From a virus: a stretch of DNA of 64,000 nucleotides. The stretch lies in IMG/VR virus record IMGVR_UViG_3300024346_000010. The stretch is one strand, 5' to 3'. Numbering within the stretch: position 1 is the first letter of the stretch; the number at the start of each line of letters is the position of its first letter. The position numbers and the translations under genes are program-made. Below the pieces are notes generated by a model. It was not told where the DNA came from. It did not search any database and was given only the letters and a program-made list of their open reading frames with translations. Below, piece after piece: positions 27,972-37,376 of the stretch.

Positions 27972-28343
27972 ATGAAGTATGTGATAGGGATATTGTTGGG
28001 GCTGTCTGGTGCAGCAAATGCTCATGAGATGGTTCCAGCTTATCCTACTATGAAACCGTCTTATATATCAGGCGTGTCAGTAACAAGTATGAAATTATTT
28101 AATAGAAGAGATGATGTTAGATATTATGAGATTGGTGTGTTTACGAGTGAATGGAAGCCAATTGCGTTTGCTTCAGAAGAAAAGATTATAAAGTTAGAGT
28201 ATTTAGGAAAAAAGACCTTTGAGGTTTATATCCGCAATAGTGATTTAGATGATGCTACCTATATTTGCACCTTATCTAAATTAGAAAAGGACAATGTTCG
28301 AACTACAGGAGTATCCTCTAAAATATGTTCGAAAATAAAGTGA
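27972..28343 (+). CDS. PapD-like (Ig-fold) pilus chaperone-like protein
   Basis: Signal peptide, HEMVPAYP, MKLFNRR....YYEI, YICT, ICS. Confidence 0.5.
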   Translation: MKYVIGILLGLSGAANAHEMVPAYPTMKPSYISGVSVTSMKLFNRRDDVRYYEIGVFTSEWKPIAFASEEKIIKLEYLGKKTFEVYIRNSDLDDATYICTLSKLEKDNVRTTGVSSKICSKIK

Positions 28344-28352
28344 GGCAAAAAT

Positions 28353-28739
28353 GTGAGATATTTTATTATTTTTATGTTAATGGCAACATGCGCATATGGT
28401 GATTCAAGTTCAATAAGTTTAGGCTTACCTTCAATGCCACAAAACTATCAATCTGATAAGTTTAGGGCCGGAGAACTTGATTGCTCAAATGCTATTGGGT
28501 CAGCAACTAATATGGAATTTGGCGTGACTGGTACTGTTGAACAAGGCGGAGCCTTTGGAAATGATACGCCCGGTGATGTTGGAGTCTATGCCAGAATTGT
28601 CATACCTCTTGGCAAAAGAGTTAAGAGTAGAATTGATTGTAATAGACTATATGAATTAGAACTAAAAAAGAAACAACTCGAAGTTTTAAAACTCGAAGCA
28701 GAGTTAAAACAACTTAGAGAATTACAATTTGAAAATTAA
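28353..28739 (+). CDS. Secreted beta-hairpin plus coiled-coil protein
   Basis: Signal peptide, LDCS, GVYARIVIPLG, DCNRLYELEL coiled coil. Confidence 0.65.
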   Translation: MRYFIIFMLMATCAYGDSSSISLGLPSMPQNYQSDKFRAGELDCSNAIGSATNMEFGVTGTVEQGGAFGNDTPGDVGVYARIVIPLGKRVKSRIDCNRLYELELKKKQLEVLKLEAELKQLRELQFEN

Positions 28740-28787
28740 TTATTAAAATAGTGACATATATCATGGAAACCAAACAAAGGGTTAGAC

Positions 28788-29504
28788 ATGACTATAGATC
28801 GCTCAGCACACTTTGCCCATATGGCAGAGCTTGCGTATAAAGATGGTAAAGAAGCCAAACCTAATTTTAAAAAGTTAGGCTACACCTATCATAAGTTCAT
28901 CGACATTGACTGCGCACAGGTACATGTGTGCTGGAACAAAACTGAAATGGTTCTTGCTTTCCGTGGCACAGAACCGGGCGAGTTTTCTGATATTAAAGCA
29001 GATCTCAACGCATTCCCAGACCGAGCCCAAGTTGGTGGTTGGGTACACAACGGATTTCAAACTGAATTAGAAAAAGTATGGCAAGATGTTTTAAAAGTTA
29101 TGGGTGACAAACTTGGTTCCCGTAAACTATACATCTGTGGACATTCGTTAGGCGGCGCAATGGCAACTATTGCGGCTTCTCGACTAAATCCACATGCGTT
29201 GTACACATATGGATCACCTAGAGTGGGAACTAAAAAGTTCGTTAAGAATATTACATGCAAGCATTACAGGCATGTTAATAATAATGATATTGTTCCAAAG
29301 GTTCCATTTGCTTTTCTTGGTTATAGACATCATGGAGAGCTTCAATATATTAATTTCTACGGTAACATCCGTAAAATGACATCATGGCAGAGATTCAAAG
29401 ACGGTTTCAGAGGACGTCGCGCTGCTTGGAAAAATAAACAACCATTTGATGGCGCCCGTGATCACGGCATGTCCAATTATATAAAATACTTGGAGAAAGA
29501 ATAA
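28788..29504 (+). CDS. Class 3 lipase
   Basis: AFRGT, VHNGF, GHSLGGA, TYGSPRVG, DIVPKVP, final H. Confidence 0.9.
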   Translation: MTIDRSAHFAHMAELAYKDGKEAKPNFKKLGYTYHKFIDIDCAQVHVCWNKTEMVLAFRGTEPGEFSDIKADLNAFPDRAQVGGWVHNGFQTELEKVWQDVLKVMGDKLGSRKLYICGHSLGGAMATIAASRLNPHALYTYGSPRVGTKKFVKNITCKHYRHVNNNDIVPKVPFAFLGYRHHGELQYINFYGNIRKMTSWQRFKDGFRGRRAAWKNKQPFDGARDHGMSNYIKYLEKE

Positions 29505-29956
29505 TGCCTAACGAGTATAAAGTAAAAGTTTTAAAGATCGTCGACGGCGACACTGTAGACGTGGATATTGATCTTGGGTTCGGTATCGTGCTCACGGACG
29601 AGCGCGTACGAATAGTTGGCATCGACACCCCAGAATCACGTACGTCAAATAAAGTTGAGAAGATCTTTGGACTTGTATCAAAGAATAGATTGAAGCAGCT
29701 ATTAGAAAAAGAAGCAATCCTAATCACATTCGATGATAAGAATGGTGAAGACATGAAGGGTAAGTTTGGTCGTGTGCTCGGTGACTTTAAATGCGGTGAC
29801 ACTACTGTATCTAAAGTGCTGATTGAAGAAGGACACGCTGTTCCATATCACGGTCAAAACAAAGCAGATGTTGAAATTGCTCACCTTGCAAACCGTAACA
29901 GACTAATGCAAGAAGGTGTAGTTGATCCTGCGGAAGTACAGGCGGCTGACAAATGA
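29504..29956 (+). CDS. Thermonuclease (SNase-like)
   Basis: VDGDT, RIVGIDTPE, GKFGRVL. Confidence 0.85.
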   Translation: MPNEYKVKVLKIVDGDTVDVDIDLGFGIVLTDERVRIVGIDTPESRTSNKVEKIFGLVSKNRLKQLLEKEAILITFDDKNGEDMKGKFGRVLGDFKCGDTTVSKVLIEEGHAVPYHGQNKADVEIAHLANRNRLMQEGVVDPAEVQAADK

Positions 29957-30234
29957 TTTGGGATATGGTAGAAAGGATGGCTAGTGACAGATTATGGATC
30001 TATACAAGCATTGCTGGCAGTATTGCTGGTGCTATGGTATTGGCTTATCTTAGCACTACACGAATCGGGTTATGGGGATATGCTCAATTCGATAGAGCAG
30101 TGGATTATCTCGTGGATCGTTGGGGACTAACTTGGTTAGAACAACCTGAAGATGCATGGAGAAAGAAATACCCAAAGATAACAAAGAAAATAGATGAATT
30201 GGAGGCAAGAATCAATGAACTGGATAAAAAGTAG
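29953..30234 (+). CDS. Small membrane protein
   Basis: One TM segment, coiled C-terminus. Confidence 0.65.
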   Translation: MIWDMVERMASDRLWIYTSIAGSIAGAMVLAYLSTTRIGLWGYAQFDRAVDYLVDRWGLTWLEQPEDAWRKKYPKITKKIDELEARINELDKK

Positions 30235-30370
30235 ATTAGTAGAAAGAACGTCTCTGGATGGCGTAGTGTTGATCGGATGTGGTATCGCTATGATCCTAGC
30301 ACCCCTTAATCTTATCGCGTATGGCATGATCGCATACGGCGCTTGGACACTGTTGAAAGGTGAGAAGTAA
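30215..30370 (+). CDS. Small membrane protein (51 aa)
   Basis: GGAGG RBS; MNWIKSRLVERTSLDGVVLIGCGIAMILAPLNLIAYGMIAYGAWTLLKGEK. Confidence 0.6.
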   Translation: MNWIKSRLVERTSLDGVVLIGCGIAMILAPLNLIAYGMIAYGAWTLLKGEK

Positions 30371-30714
30371 TGACTGAGGAAACAAAGGTCGCAAAAGAAT
30401 ATCATCCGGCTGACACCAACGGAGACGGTCATGTGTCTGCTGAAGAAGAAGCAATGTATCTTGAGTTCAAACGAAAGGAACTTGAAGATGCTGATGCTAT
30501 GCGTGATGCCCAAAGAAACATGACATGGTTTGCTCTAGGCGGACTATTACTATATCCATTTGCTGTTGTTCTTGCTTACATGGTGGGACTTGACTCGGCT
30601 GGTCAAATATTAGGCAATATGGCAGCAACATACTTTGTTTCGGTTGCTGGTATCGTGGCAGCATTCTTTGGCTCACAAGCATATGCTAAAAGCTCAGCTT
30701 CAAAACCTAAGTAA
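30370..30714 (+). CDS. EF-hand plus 2-TM membrane protein (holin-like)
   Basis: DTNGDGHVSAEE EF-hand loop, two TM helices. Confidence 0.6.
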   Translation: MTEETKVAKEYHPADTNGDGHVSAEEEAMYLEFKRKELEDADAMRDAQRNMTWFALGGLLLYPFAVVLAYMVGLDSAGQILGNMAATYFVSVAGIVAAFFGSQAYAKSSASKPK

Positions 30715-30723
30715 GGAAAGAAC

Positions 30724-31278
30724 ATGGCAGAGTTTGAATTTGGCGGAATGACTTTTCGAGGTGGTAAGATGGCGGTTGTACTAACGGCGCTGTCTACTGC
30801 AGGTGGAGCTTTGTGGGGTGGTTTTGAGTTCTATAAAGACTATGTTGATATGAAAGAAGTCGTACAGAATATCGACATAGATAAAATTAAAGCAGAGAAT
30901 GCATTAGTGCAAACAAAACTTGACGGAGCAATTGACTATACTCGCGATATTAAAGATGGCTTGCGTGATGATTTACTTAAGCTTGAACAAGCAGTAGATC
31001 GCATGGAAGATAAAGTAGACGAATCTGAAAATCGCGTTAAAGATGCCCAAGATAATATTGAACAAACGCTTGAAGGTATTCGCACTGAAATGAATCAGGT
31101 ACAAAAAGATGTAACAGCATCTATACGAGAAGTAGAAAAGACTATTAGAGAGTCAGAAAAAGATGTTCGTGACACAATGCGTGAGACGGAAACTCGTATA
31201 GATACTGATATGAGACAGCTTGATAAAGATATAAAAGAAGTCTTACAGGAAGCATTAGATAACCCATTGAACAATTAA
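30724..31278 (+). CDS. Membrane-anchored coiled-coil protein
   Basis: N-terminal TM, 11-residue amphipathic repeats. Confidence 0.65.
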   Translation: MAEFEFGGMTFRGGKMAVVLTALSTAGGALWGGFEFYKDYVDMKEVVQNIDIDKIKAENALVQTKLDGAIDYTRDIKDGLRDDLLKLEQAVDRMEDKVDESENRVKDAQDNIEQTLEGIRTEMNQVQKDVTASIREVEKTIRESEKDVRDTMRETETRIDTDMRQLDKDIKEVLQEALDNPLNN

Positions 31279-31281
31279 CTG

Positions 31282-31309
31282 TTTACAAATGGGTATATAG
31301 TGGTATAAT
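31282..31309 (+). promoter_or_regulatory. Sigma70-type promoter
   Basis: TTTACA-N16-TATAAT. Confidence 0.6.
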
Positions 31310-31342
31310 ATAAAAGATTCTTTTATCAATGGGTAGTATACT

Positions 31343-32704
31343 ATGAGAATTTTGGGTGTTAGTGAAGGTTTCCATGATGCAGGTGTTGCATTAGTGGATA
31401 AAGGTGAGATCTTATATGCTGGTCATTCTGAGCGGTATTCTAAGATTAAGAATGACCCTAGGATTCATCCTGATCAGTATTTTGATCATGATCTATACGC
31501 ATATTATGAAAAGAATTGGCTTAAGAATACTCGAAGAGTTCTATTCGGACAAGAAGCCATAAAATCATATAAATGTGATTGGTGCTTTGATATGTGTAAA
31601 AAGAAAACATTCTATCACCATCAGTCACATGCTGCAGCTGGATTCCATACATCTCCGTTTGATAAAGCTAATGTATTAGTTATTGATTCCATTGGAGAAT
31701 GGGATACAATTTCTGTATGGGAAGCTTGGACGGATCATTATAATCACGCGCAGATGAGAAAGATCAAAAGCTGGAAGTATCCGTACTCTCTTGGTCTATT
31801 TTATTCTGCGGTCACACAACGTGTCGGATTAAAACCTAATGAAGACGAATATATTCTTATGGGCATGGCTGCGTATGGCGAACCTATCTATGATATGTCT
31901 GAACTACTACATCGCAATAATCATAAAGGCATTGGCGACTATTTGCCGAATGCAAAGAACGAAGACCTAGCTGCATCAGCCCAAGCTACGTTTGAAAAAG
32001 AATTACTTAAGATCATTGATAAGTACTGTAAACATCCTAACTTAGTGTATATGGGTGGATGCGCGCTTAACTGTGCAGCTAACAGTAAGATTAAAGGTAA
32101 GAACATTTGGATTATGCCAAACCCAGGTGATGCTGGTTCATCACTCGGTGCTGCAGCATTAGCTCTTGGTAAGAAATTGAAATGGAAAAATCCGTATCTT
32201 GGATACAATATCAAACGTAACATCAATTCTAAAGAGGTTGCTCAACATATTGTTGATAATTCTTATTGCGGGGTTGCTAATGGCCGTGCTGAGTTTGGCC
32301 CTCGCGCCCTTGGCAATCGTAGCTTGCTTGCTGACCCTCGAAGAGATATTAAAGACACTGTTAACCAGATTAAGCGCCGACAACTCTTTCGACCCTTTGC
32401 ACCTGCAATCTTGGAAGAATTTGCTTCTGAATATTTCGAAGGACCGATGAACGAATATATGCAGTTTGTAGCACAAGCAAAGCATGACTATAGTTCAGTT
32501 ACTCATGTTGATGGCAGCGCAAGGGTTCAGGTTGTAAAGAAAGATTGTGGATCTGTTATTCGTCCTATTATTGAAGAGTTTTATGAATTGACTGGTGTTC
32601 CTATGCTACTTAATACAAGTCTAAATATCAAAGGCAAACCTATGGTCAATGATGAAGCTGATGGCATAGAATTTCAAAGAAAATATAATGTAAAAGTATT
32701 TTGA
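31343..32704 (+). CDS. Carbamoyltransferase (NodU/CmcH/TobZ family)
   Basis: FHDAG, ERYSKIK, HHQSHAA, EFGPRALGNRS, RPFAP, THVDGSAR, LNTSLN. Confidence 0.92.
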   Translation: MRILGVSEGFHDAGVALVDKGEILYAGHSERYSKIKNDPRIHPDQYFDHDLYAYYEKNWLKNTRRVLFGQEAIKSYKCDWCFDMCKKKTFYHHQSHAAAGFHTSPFDKANVLVIDSIGEWDTISVWEAWTDHYNHAQMRKIKSWKYPYSLGLFYSAVTQRVGLKPNEDEYILMGMAAYGEPIYDMSELLHRNNHKGIGDYLPNAKNEDLAASAQATFEKELLKIIDKYCKHPNLVYMGGCALNCAANSKIKGKNIWIMPNPGDAGSSLGAAALALGKKLKWKNPYLGYNIKRNINSKEVAQHIVDNSYCGVANGRAEFGPRALGNRSLLADPRRDIKDTVNQIKRRQLFRPFAPAILEEFASEYFEGPMNEYMQFVAQAKHDYSSVTHVDGSARVQVVKKDCGSVIRPIIEEFYELTGVPMLLNTSLNIKGKPMVNDEADGIEFQRKYNVKVF

Positions 32705-32725
32705 TGAAAAGATACGAGAAAAATA

Positions 32726-33532
32726 ATGGCTAAAAAAATATTACTTGCGTCGGGTTGTTCATATACTGATACGCATTATAGATCAAACGACCCCACAATC
32801 AAAAGAGATTGGGAAATGTGGCCAGAGCTTATGGCAAAAGAATTGGGTTTAGAATGCGTGAATAAAGGCCAGTCCGGCGCCGGCGCGGATCATATATTCG
32901 ATACAATTTTAGAAGGATTAAGTACATACGGCGATAGGGTCGATACTGTAGCTATTTTATGGTCTACTTCTGATAGACTTCCATTTTTTAATTTTACGCT
33001 TAATCCTATTGTAGAGTGTAACACCATCAATGGAAACTACGATCCATTCCCGTGGATGGACGACATTGGGGTTGGTAAAATAAGCCAAAAATATTTTAAA
33101 AGTGATCATTTTTTAAGCACTAAGGCCTATAAATCTATGATTCTCAATCCAATTAGAAAAATGTTTGCTATTATGGAAATATGTGAAAAACGTAATATCA
33201 AATTTGTTATGTTCGGAGGTTTAATATATTTTGATTATTTTTCAATTAATAAACAGGTTGAAAATCAACAGTTGCCTGAAAAGTGTGCAATATCACCAGC
33301 AGAAGTGGTTAAAATTTTAACTAACAATTCCATATTTTCCGAAGTCGACAAAAGGAAAAAACACTTTATCGGTTGGCCAATGATGAAAGAAATCGGTGGA
33401 TATTCATTTGATGATATGAGATATAATAAAGAAGAATATTATATTTCTATTCGTGATAGACACCCTAATGCTGCTGGACAAATATTAATTTCAAAAGAAT
33501 TTATTAAGAGATATAAGGATCTTTATTTATGA
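32726..33532 (+). CDS. SGNH-like protein
   Basis: SGCSYT, WP, N.GQSGAG, DRHPN. Confidence 0.6.
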   Translation: MAKKILLASGCSYTDTHYRSNDPTIKRDWEMWPELMAKELGLECVNKGQSGAGADHIFDTILEGLSTYGDRVDTVAILWSTSDRLPFFNFTLNPIVECNTINGNYDPFPWMDDIGVGKISQKYFKSDHFLSTKAYKSMILNPIRKMFAIMEICEKRNIKFVMFGGLIYFDYFSINKQVENQQLPEKCAISPAEVVKILTNNSIFSEVDKRKKHFIGWPMMKEIGGYSFDDMRYNKEEYYISIRDRHPNAAGQILISKEFIKRYKDLYL

Positions 33533-34344
33533 AAAAAGATATACTGCTGGTATCAGGGTGTTCTTATACTGATCCAAACTTTGTTAGTTATGACAAATCT
33601 TTGCCTGATGAAAAAGCTAAAGGTTGGAAGATGTGGCCCGAAATTATTGCAGATCGGCATAATTTATCCGTCATTAATAAAGCTATTAGTGGTATAGGTA
33701 ATAAGCAAATATTCGATTCTATAGTAGACGAGCTTCATGTTAATAAAAATGTTAAAAAAGTTGTGGTAGTCTGGAGTGGTTGGGATAGATTTCAGACAAT
33801 GGCCCACATACAACATTTTCCCTTAGCTTCTGCTGTAGATCTTTTACGTGATGATCATTCCATGTATAAAGAAATTTATCAGTATGAAGTAGACTATAGA
33901 GATTTTTTCTATAATCCAAAATATACTATAGATTTATGGGTAAAAAGCGTAGTTAATGATACATTTAGGTATATGTTTTTGCTGGCAAATATATTAAAAG
34001 ATAAAAAAATACCATACGCGTTTTATCAAGGTGTTGCCGGATTTCCTATAGGACTTCTCACTAATTTGGATTTTTTACCTAATATAAAAAATCCGATTAA
34101 TTACAAACTAGATAGCTTTTTTTCAGATATTATGCTTAATCCATATTTCAAAGATATTAAAAATAATAAAAATATTATAGGATTCCCATTCCATAAGATG
34201 ATCGGTGGATTTAACTTGGATCATATATTAGGGGATGGCGACGATGTTAGGATATCAAAATCAGACCGCCATCCTAACGCACTTGGTCAAATTGGGTTTG
34301 CAAATTATATAGAAAGCAATTGCAATGGTTTATTTGATAAGTAG
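33529..34344 (+). CDS. SGNH-like protein (tandem paralog)
   Basis: SGCSYT, MWPE, N.AISGIGN, DRHPN. Confidence 0.6.
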   Translation: MKKDILLVSGCSYTDPNFVSYDKSLPDEKAKGWKMWPEIIADRHNLSVINKAISGIGNKQIFDSIVDELHVNKNVKKVVVVWSGWDRFQTMAHIQHFPLASAVDLLRDDHSMYKEIYQYEVDYRDFFYNPKYTIDLWVKSVVNDTFRYMFLLANILKDKKIPYAFYQGVAGFPIGLLTNLDFLPNIKNPINYKLDSFFSDIMLNPYFKDIKNNKNIIGFPFHKMIGGFNLDHILGDGDDVRISKSDRHPNALGQIGFANYIESNCNGLFDK

Positions 34345-34960
34345 TTTTATTTGGTGGTTCTTTTTATCTTCAGCGGTAATTTCAGCTGGATATCATAGAT
34401 ACTTTTCGCACAGATCGTTTAAAGCTCCTGTCTGGTATGAATATCTAGTTCTTTCTTTAGGGCCATTATCAGGCTCTGGCTCGGTACTTGGTTGGGTTGG
34501 TGTACATAGGCTGCATCATAATCACTCGGATACTGAAAAAGACCCTCACTCGCCCAAGTATCAACCCGTTTGGAGAGTATTGACTTCTACGTTTAAAGTT
34601 CCGGCTATTCGTCCAAGACACGTAACTGACTTACTCAAAAACAAACGAGTAATGTGGTTTCATAAAAATCATAGAGATATTCGTTTCTGCACATTCTTAT
34701 TTGGCCTCACCTTTCTGCCATTTGAATGGTTTCTAGTGTTATTAATTGCACCTATGGTTTATGGTTATATAGGATTTGGATTGCTAAATACATTGTGCCA
34801 CCGACATGAAAATGTTTCTAATTCTTGGATAGCTAACATTTTGACTGGCGGTGAAGGATGGCACGCTAATCATCATGCAAAGCCAATGGATTGGCAAATT
34901 GGAAAGAGGTGGTACGAATGGGACCCAGCGGCTTGGTTTATTCGATTGATCCGAAAGTAA
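34325..34960 (+). CDS. Fatty acid (delta-9-like) desaturase
   Basis: His boxes HRYFSH, HRLHH, GEGWHANHH; DPHSP. Confidence 0.9.
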   Translation: MVYLISSFIWWFFLSSAVISAGYHRYFSHRSFKAPVWYEYLVLSLGPLSGSGSVLGWVGVHRLHHNHSDTEKDPHSPKYQPVWRVLTSTFKVPAIRPRHVTDLLKNKRVMWFHKNHRDIRFCTFLFGLTFLPFEWFLVLLIAPMVYGYIGFGLLNTLCHRHENVSNSWIANILTGGEGWHANHHAKPMDWQIGKRWYEWDPAAWFIRLIRK

Positions 34961-35523
34961 TAACACTTAAGGAATACGGAGAAGATAACTTTATAAAAGA
35001 GTTAGCTCGTTTAAAGAACGAGTCTTACATATATGATAAGAAAAACTCTGATTGGTTCGATAACCTTCCAAATACTTATAAAGATAATAAGTTTTTAGAT
35101 TGGTTTTTCTTATATGATGAAGATAGACCCGTTGCATTTGCTACTATTCAAAAATACTACGAAGGTTGCTATAGGATCTGCACTAGAACTTATATTTACA
35201 GGGATTATCGCAGATTCACTCATCCTAAAAACGATATGGTATTTAGCCCATCACAGCACCTAGCACTTGCTCAAATGGATTATCTTAAACAATGGGATAC
35301 AGTTTTTGTCTCTATGCAAGGATTAAAGAGAAAAAACAGTATACAAAGGTTCAAAAACAAGATAGAATATAGGAGTGGCTTAAGATGGGTTGTGCCTGAT
35401 GGTATGTTCCAAACATGTGAACCGGTTTGCGATCCGGATTGTTATCAAAATATAGTATATAATGGTAAGCAGCCAAAGCTGAGTAAAATGGAAATTGAAA
35501 CGTATAGGATTTTACATGGATAA
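34918..35523 (+). CDS. Hypothetical protein, possible GNAT-like fold
   Basis: PVAFATI...RICTRTYI..DYR pattern. Confidence 0.45.
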   Translation: MGPSGLVYSIDPKVITLKEYGEDNFIKELARLKNESYIYDKKNSDWFDNLPNTYKDNKFLDWFFLYDEDRPVAFATIQKYYEGCYRICTRTYIYRDYRRFTHPKNDMVFSPSQHLALAQMDYLKQWDTVFVSMQGLKRKNSIQRFKNKIEYRSGLRWVVPDGMFQTCEPVCDPDCYQNIVYNGKQPKLSKMEIETYRILHG

Positions 35524-36160
35524 GAAATACCTCATCGAAACTACCAAAAGAATGAGGGTAGGTGGAACTGGGCCAAAACGTCACCAACTCAAATTCTTTG
35601 AGAAGCTCGGTAAAGTTCCTCAGTTCATGGTCGATGAACTTAACGAAATTCTAGATGCAGAACCCCAAAACGATATCGGTGGGGATGTATATGGAATTAG
35701 TCAAGCTATCGACTATAAGCAAGTTTTTGATACGAGCGGATATCGTCAGCTGTTAGTTCAAACAAAACCTCCTGAAGAGATTGGAGTCGATGTTGATGAA
35801 TATCGTTATACATATTGGACTAAAGAAGTAAAAGCTAAACAATTTCTAGAATCATATTTCACAAACATTTATCGTTTCAGAATGAGTGAAATGAGTAATG
35901 CGCATCAACTAAATTGGCATATCGATAGCTGTACAAGCTATATGTGTAGAGCCCAAATTTGCTTGAATGAAAACGATTCAGTATTTGAGTTTAGAGGACG
36001 AGATGGAACTATTCATAGTTTTCAAATGGAAATAGGCGATCTTTGGTTTATTAATACCGGTTGGAACCATCGCGTAGTGACCGGTGAAATTCCACGTAGA
36101 GTAGCTATTTTTGGTTATCATTTTGATAACGTAATCGATCAAAGCAAATTTTATATCTGA
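35516..36160 (+). CDS. Asp/Asn hydroxylase-like 2OG-Fe(II) oxygenase
   Basis: RFR, WHID, GDLWFINTGWNHRV. Confidence 0.7.
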   Translation: MDKKYLIETTKRMRVGGTGPKRHQLKFFEKLGKVPQFMVDELNEILDAEPQNDIGGDVYGISQAIDYKQVFDTSGYRQLLVQTKPPEEIGVDVDEYRYTYWTKEVKAKQFLESYFTNIYRFRMSEMSNAHQLNWHIDSCTSYMCRAQICLNENDSVFEFRGRDGTIHSFQMEIGDLWFINTGWNHRVVTGEIPRRVAIFGYHFDNVIDQSKFYI

Positions 36161-36170
36161 GGAATATATT

Positions 36171-36305
36171 ATGACAACTAAAGACGCTATCGAATTGATC
36201 TATGAATCTGTTTCTAAAAAATATGGAATTTCAGTTAATGAAGTAAAACGTCGAGCCGTGTCTGGTGATAGACTTGTAAGTAATTTTAGCGAAGGCAAAC
36301 ATTAA
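36171..36305 (+). CDS. Tiny hypothetical protein (44 aa)
   Basis: GAGGA RBS; MTTKDAIELIYESVSKKYG... Confidence 0.5.
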   Translation: MTTKDAIELIYESVSKKYGISVNEVKRRAVSGDRLVSNFSEGKH

Positions 36306-37147
36306 TGAATAAGCTAACTAAGATTGCAATTATTGGTTATGGGTTTGTAGGTAAAGCTGTAGAGTTTGGGTTTAAAAACACATCTAACGATATTATGATC
36401 GTGGATCCTTATAAAGGCTTTCACGATATGGATGATTTGGAAGCATATGTCCCAGATGTTACTTTTGTATGTGTGCCTACCCCAATGGGGAATGATTCCT
36501 CCGGGATTGATGCCAACATCATTAGGGAAGTAATTCTAAAGCTTGAACAATTTCCAAGTGGTATGGTAGTAATTAAATCGACTATTACGCCTGATCTGGC
36601 TGAAGAGTTTACCAGATATAAGCGTTTTGTATATAACCCAGAATTTTTGACTGAACGTAATTCCTATGATGAGTTTTTGAATCCTGAATTCCATATTCTG
36701 GGTGGAGATATTGAAGTATGTAAGAAAGTTGAAAACCTTTATAATTATAACTCAAATTGTAATCCCGCTAAAGCATATTTCATGACACCTGCAGAAGCAA
36801 GTCTCGTAAAATATGGCATTAACTCATTTCTAGCTTCTAAAGTTGTATGGTTCAATCAATGGAAAGATATGGTAGAATCAATCGGTGGAAGATACAATGT
36901 AGTGGCTAGTGCTATAGCTAAAGACCCGCGGATTGGCCCTTCACATACTAAAGTACCTGGATTTGATGGGAAAAAAGGTTACGGTGGAAGTTGTTTCCCA
37001 AAAGACACATATGCAATCTGGGATTTTGGGTTTGATAACCTCAGCATTTTAGGTGAAGTCATCAGGGCAAACAACCAATATAGAAGTCATTATGAACTGG
37101 ATGATCGTGAAAAAGAACAAAATATTTTTTACAAAAAGCACATTTAA
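36305..37147 (+). CDS. UDP-glucose/GDP-mannose dehydrogenase family (short form)
   Basis: GYGFVG, CVPTP, IKST, NPEFL, GYGGSCFPKD. Confidence 0.88.
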   Translation: MNKLTKIAIIGYGFVGKAVEFGFKNTSNDIMIVDPYKGFHDMDDLEAYVPDVTFVCVPTPMGNDSSGIDANIIREVILKLEQFPSGMVVIKSTITPDLAEEFTRYKRFVYNPEFLTERNSYDEFLNPEFHILGGDIEVCKKVENLYNYNSNCNPAKAYFMTPAEASLVKYGINSFLASKVVWFNQWKDMVESIGGRYNVVASAIAKDPRIGPSHTKVPGFDGKKGYGGSCFPKDTYAIWDFGFDNLSILGEVIRANNQYRSHYELDDREKEQNIFYKKHI

Positions 37148-37150
37148 CTG

Positions 37151-37179
37151 TTTACAAATGATTTCATATGGCGTATTGT
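37151..37179 (+). promoter_or_regulatory. Early promoter
   Basis: TTTACA-N17-TATTGT. Confidence 0.6.
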
Positions 37180-37205
37180 AATCATATGAAATGGAGACAA
37201 ACACT

Positions 37206-37364
37206 ATGAACATGTACACTCGTCAAATCGCAGAACTTCTTAAGATTGACCTTGAAACTGCTGCAAAAGTTCAGTACGAAATGGAATGCTGGGGTTTGGA
37301 CTTTTCGGAATGCTCCAAGCGTGAATTCAATATGGTGGCACGTGAGTGCTTCGAACTGGTATAA
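37206..37364 (+). CDS. Small early protein (52 aa)
   Basis: GGAG RBS; MNMYTRQIAELLKIDLETAAKVQYEMECWGLDFSECSKREF... Confidence 0.65.
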   Translation: MNMYTRQIAELLKIDLETAAKVQYEMECWGLDFSECSKREFNMVARECFELV

Positions 37365-37376
37365 GGAGAATATATT

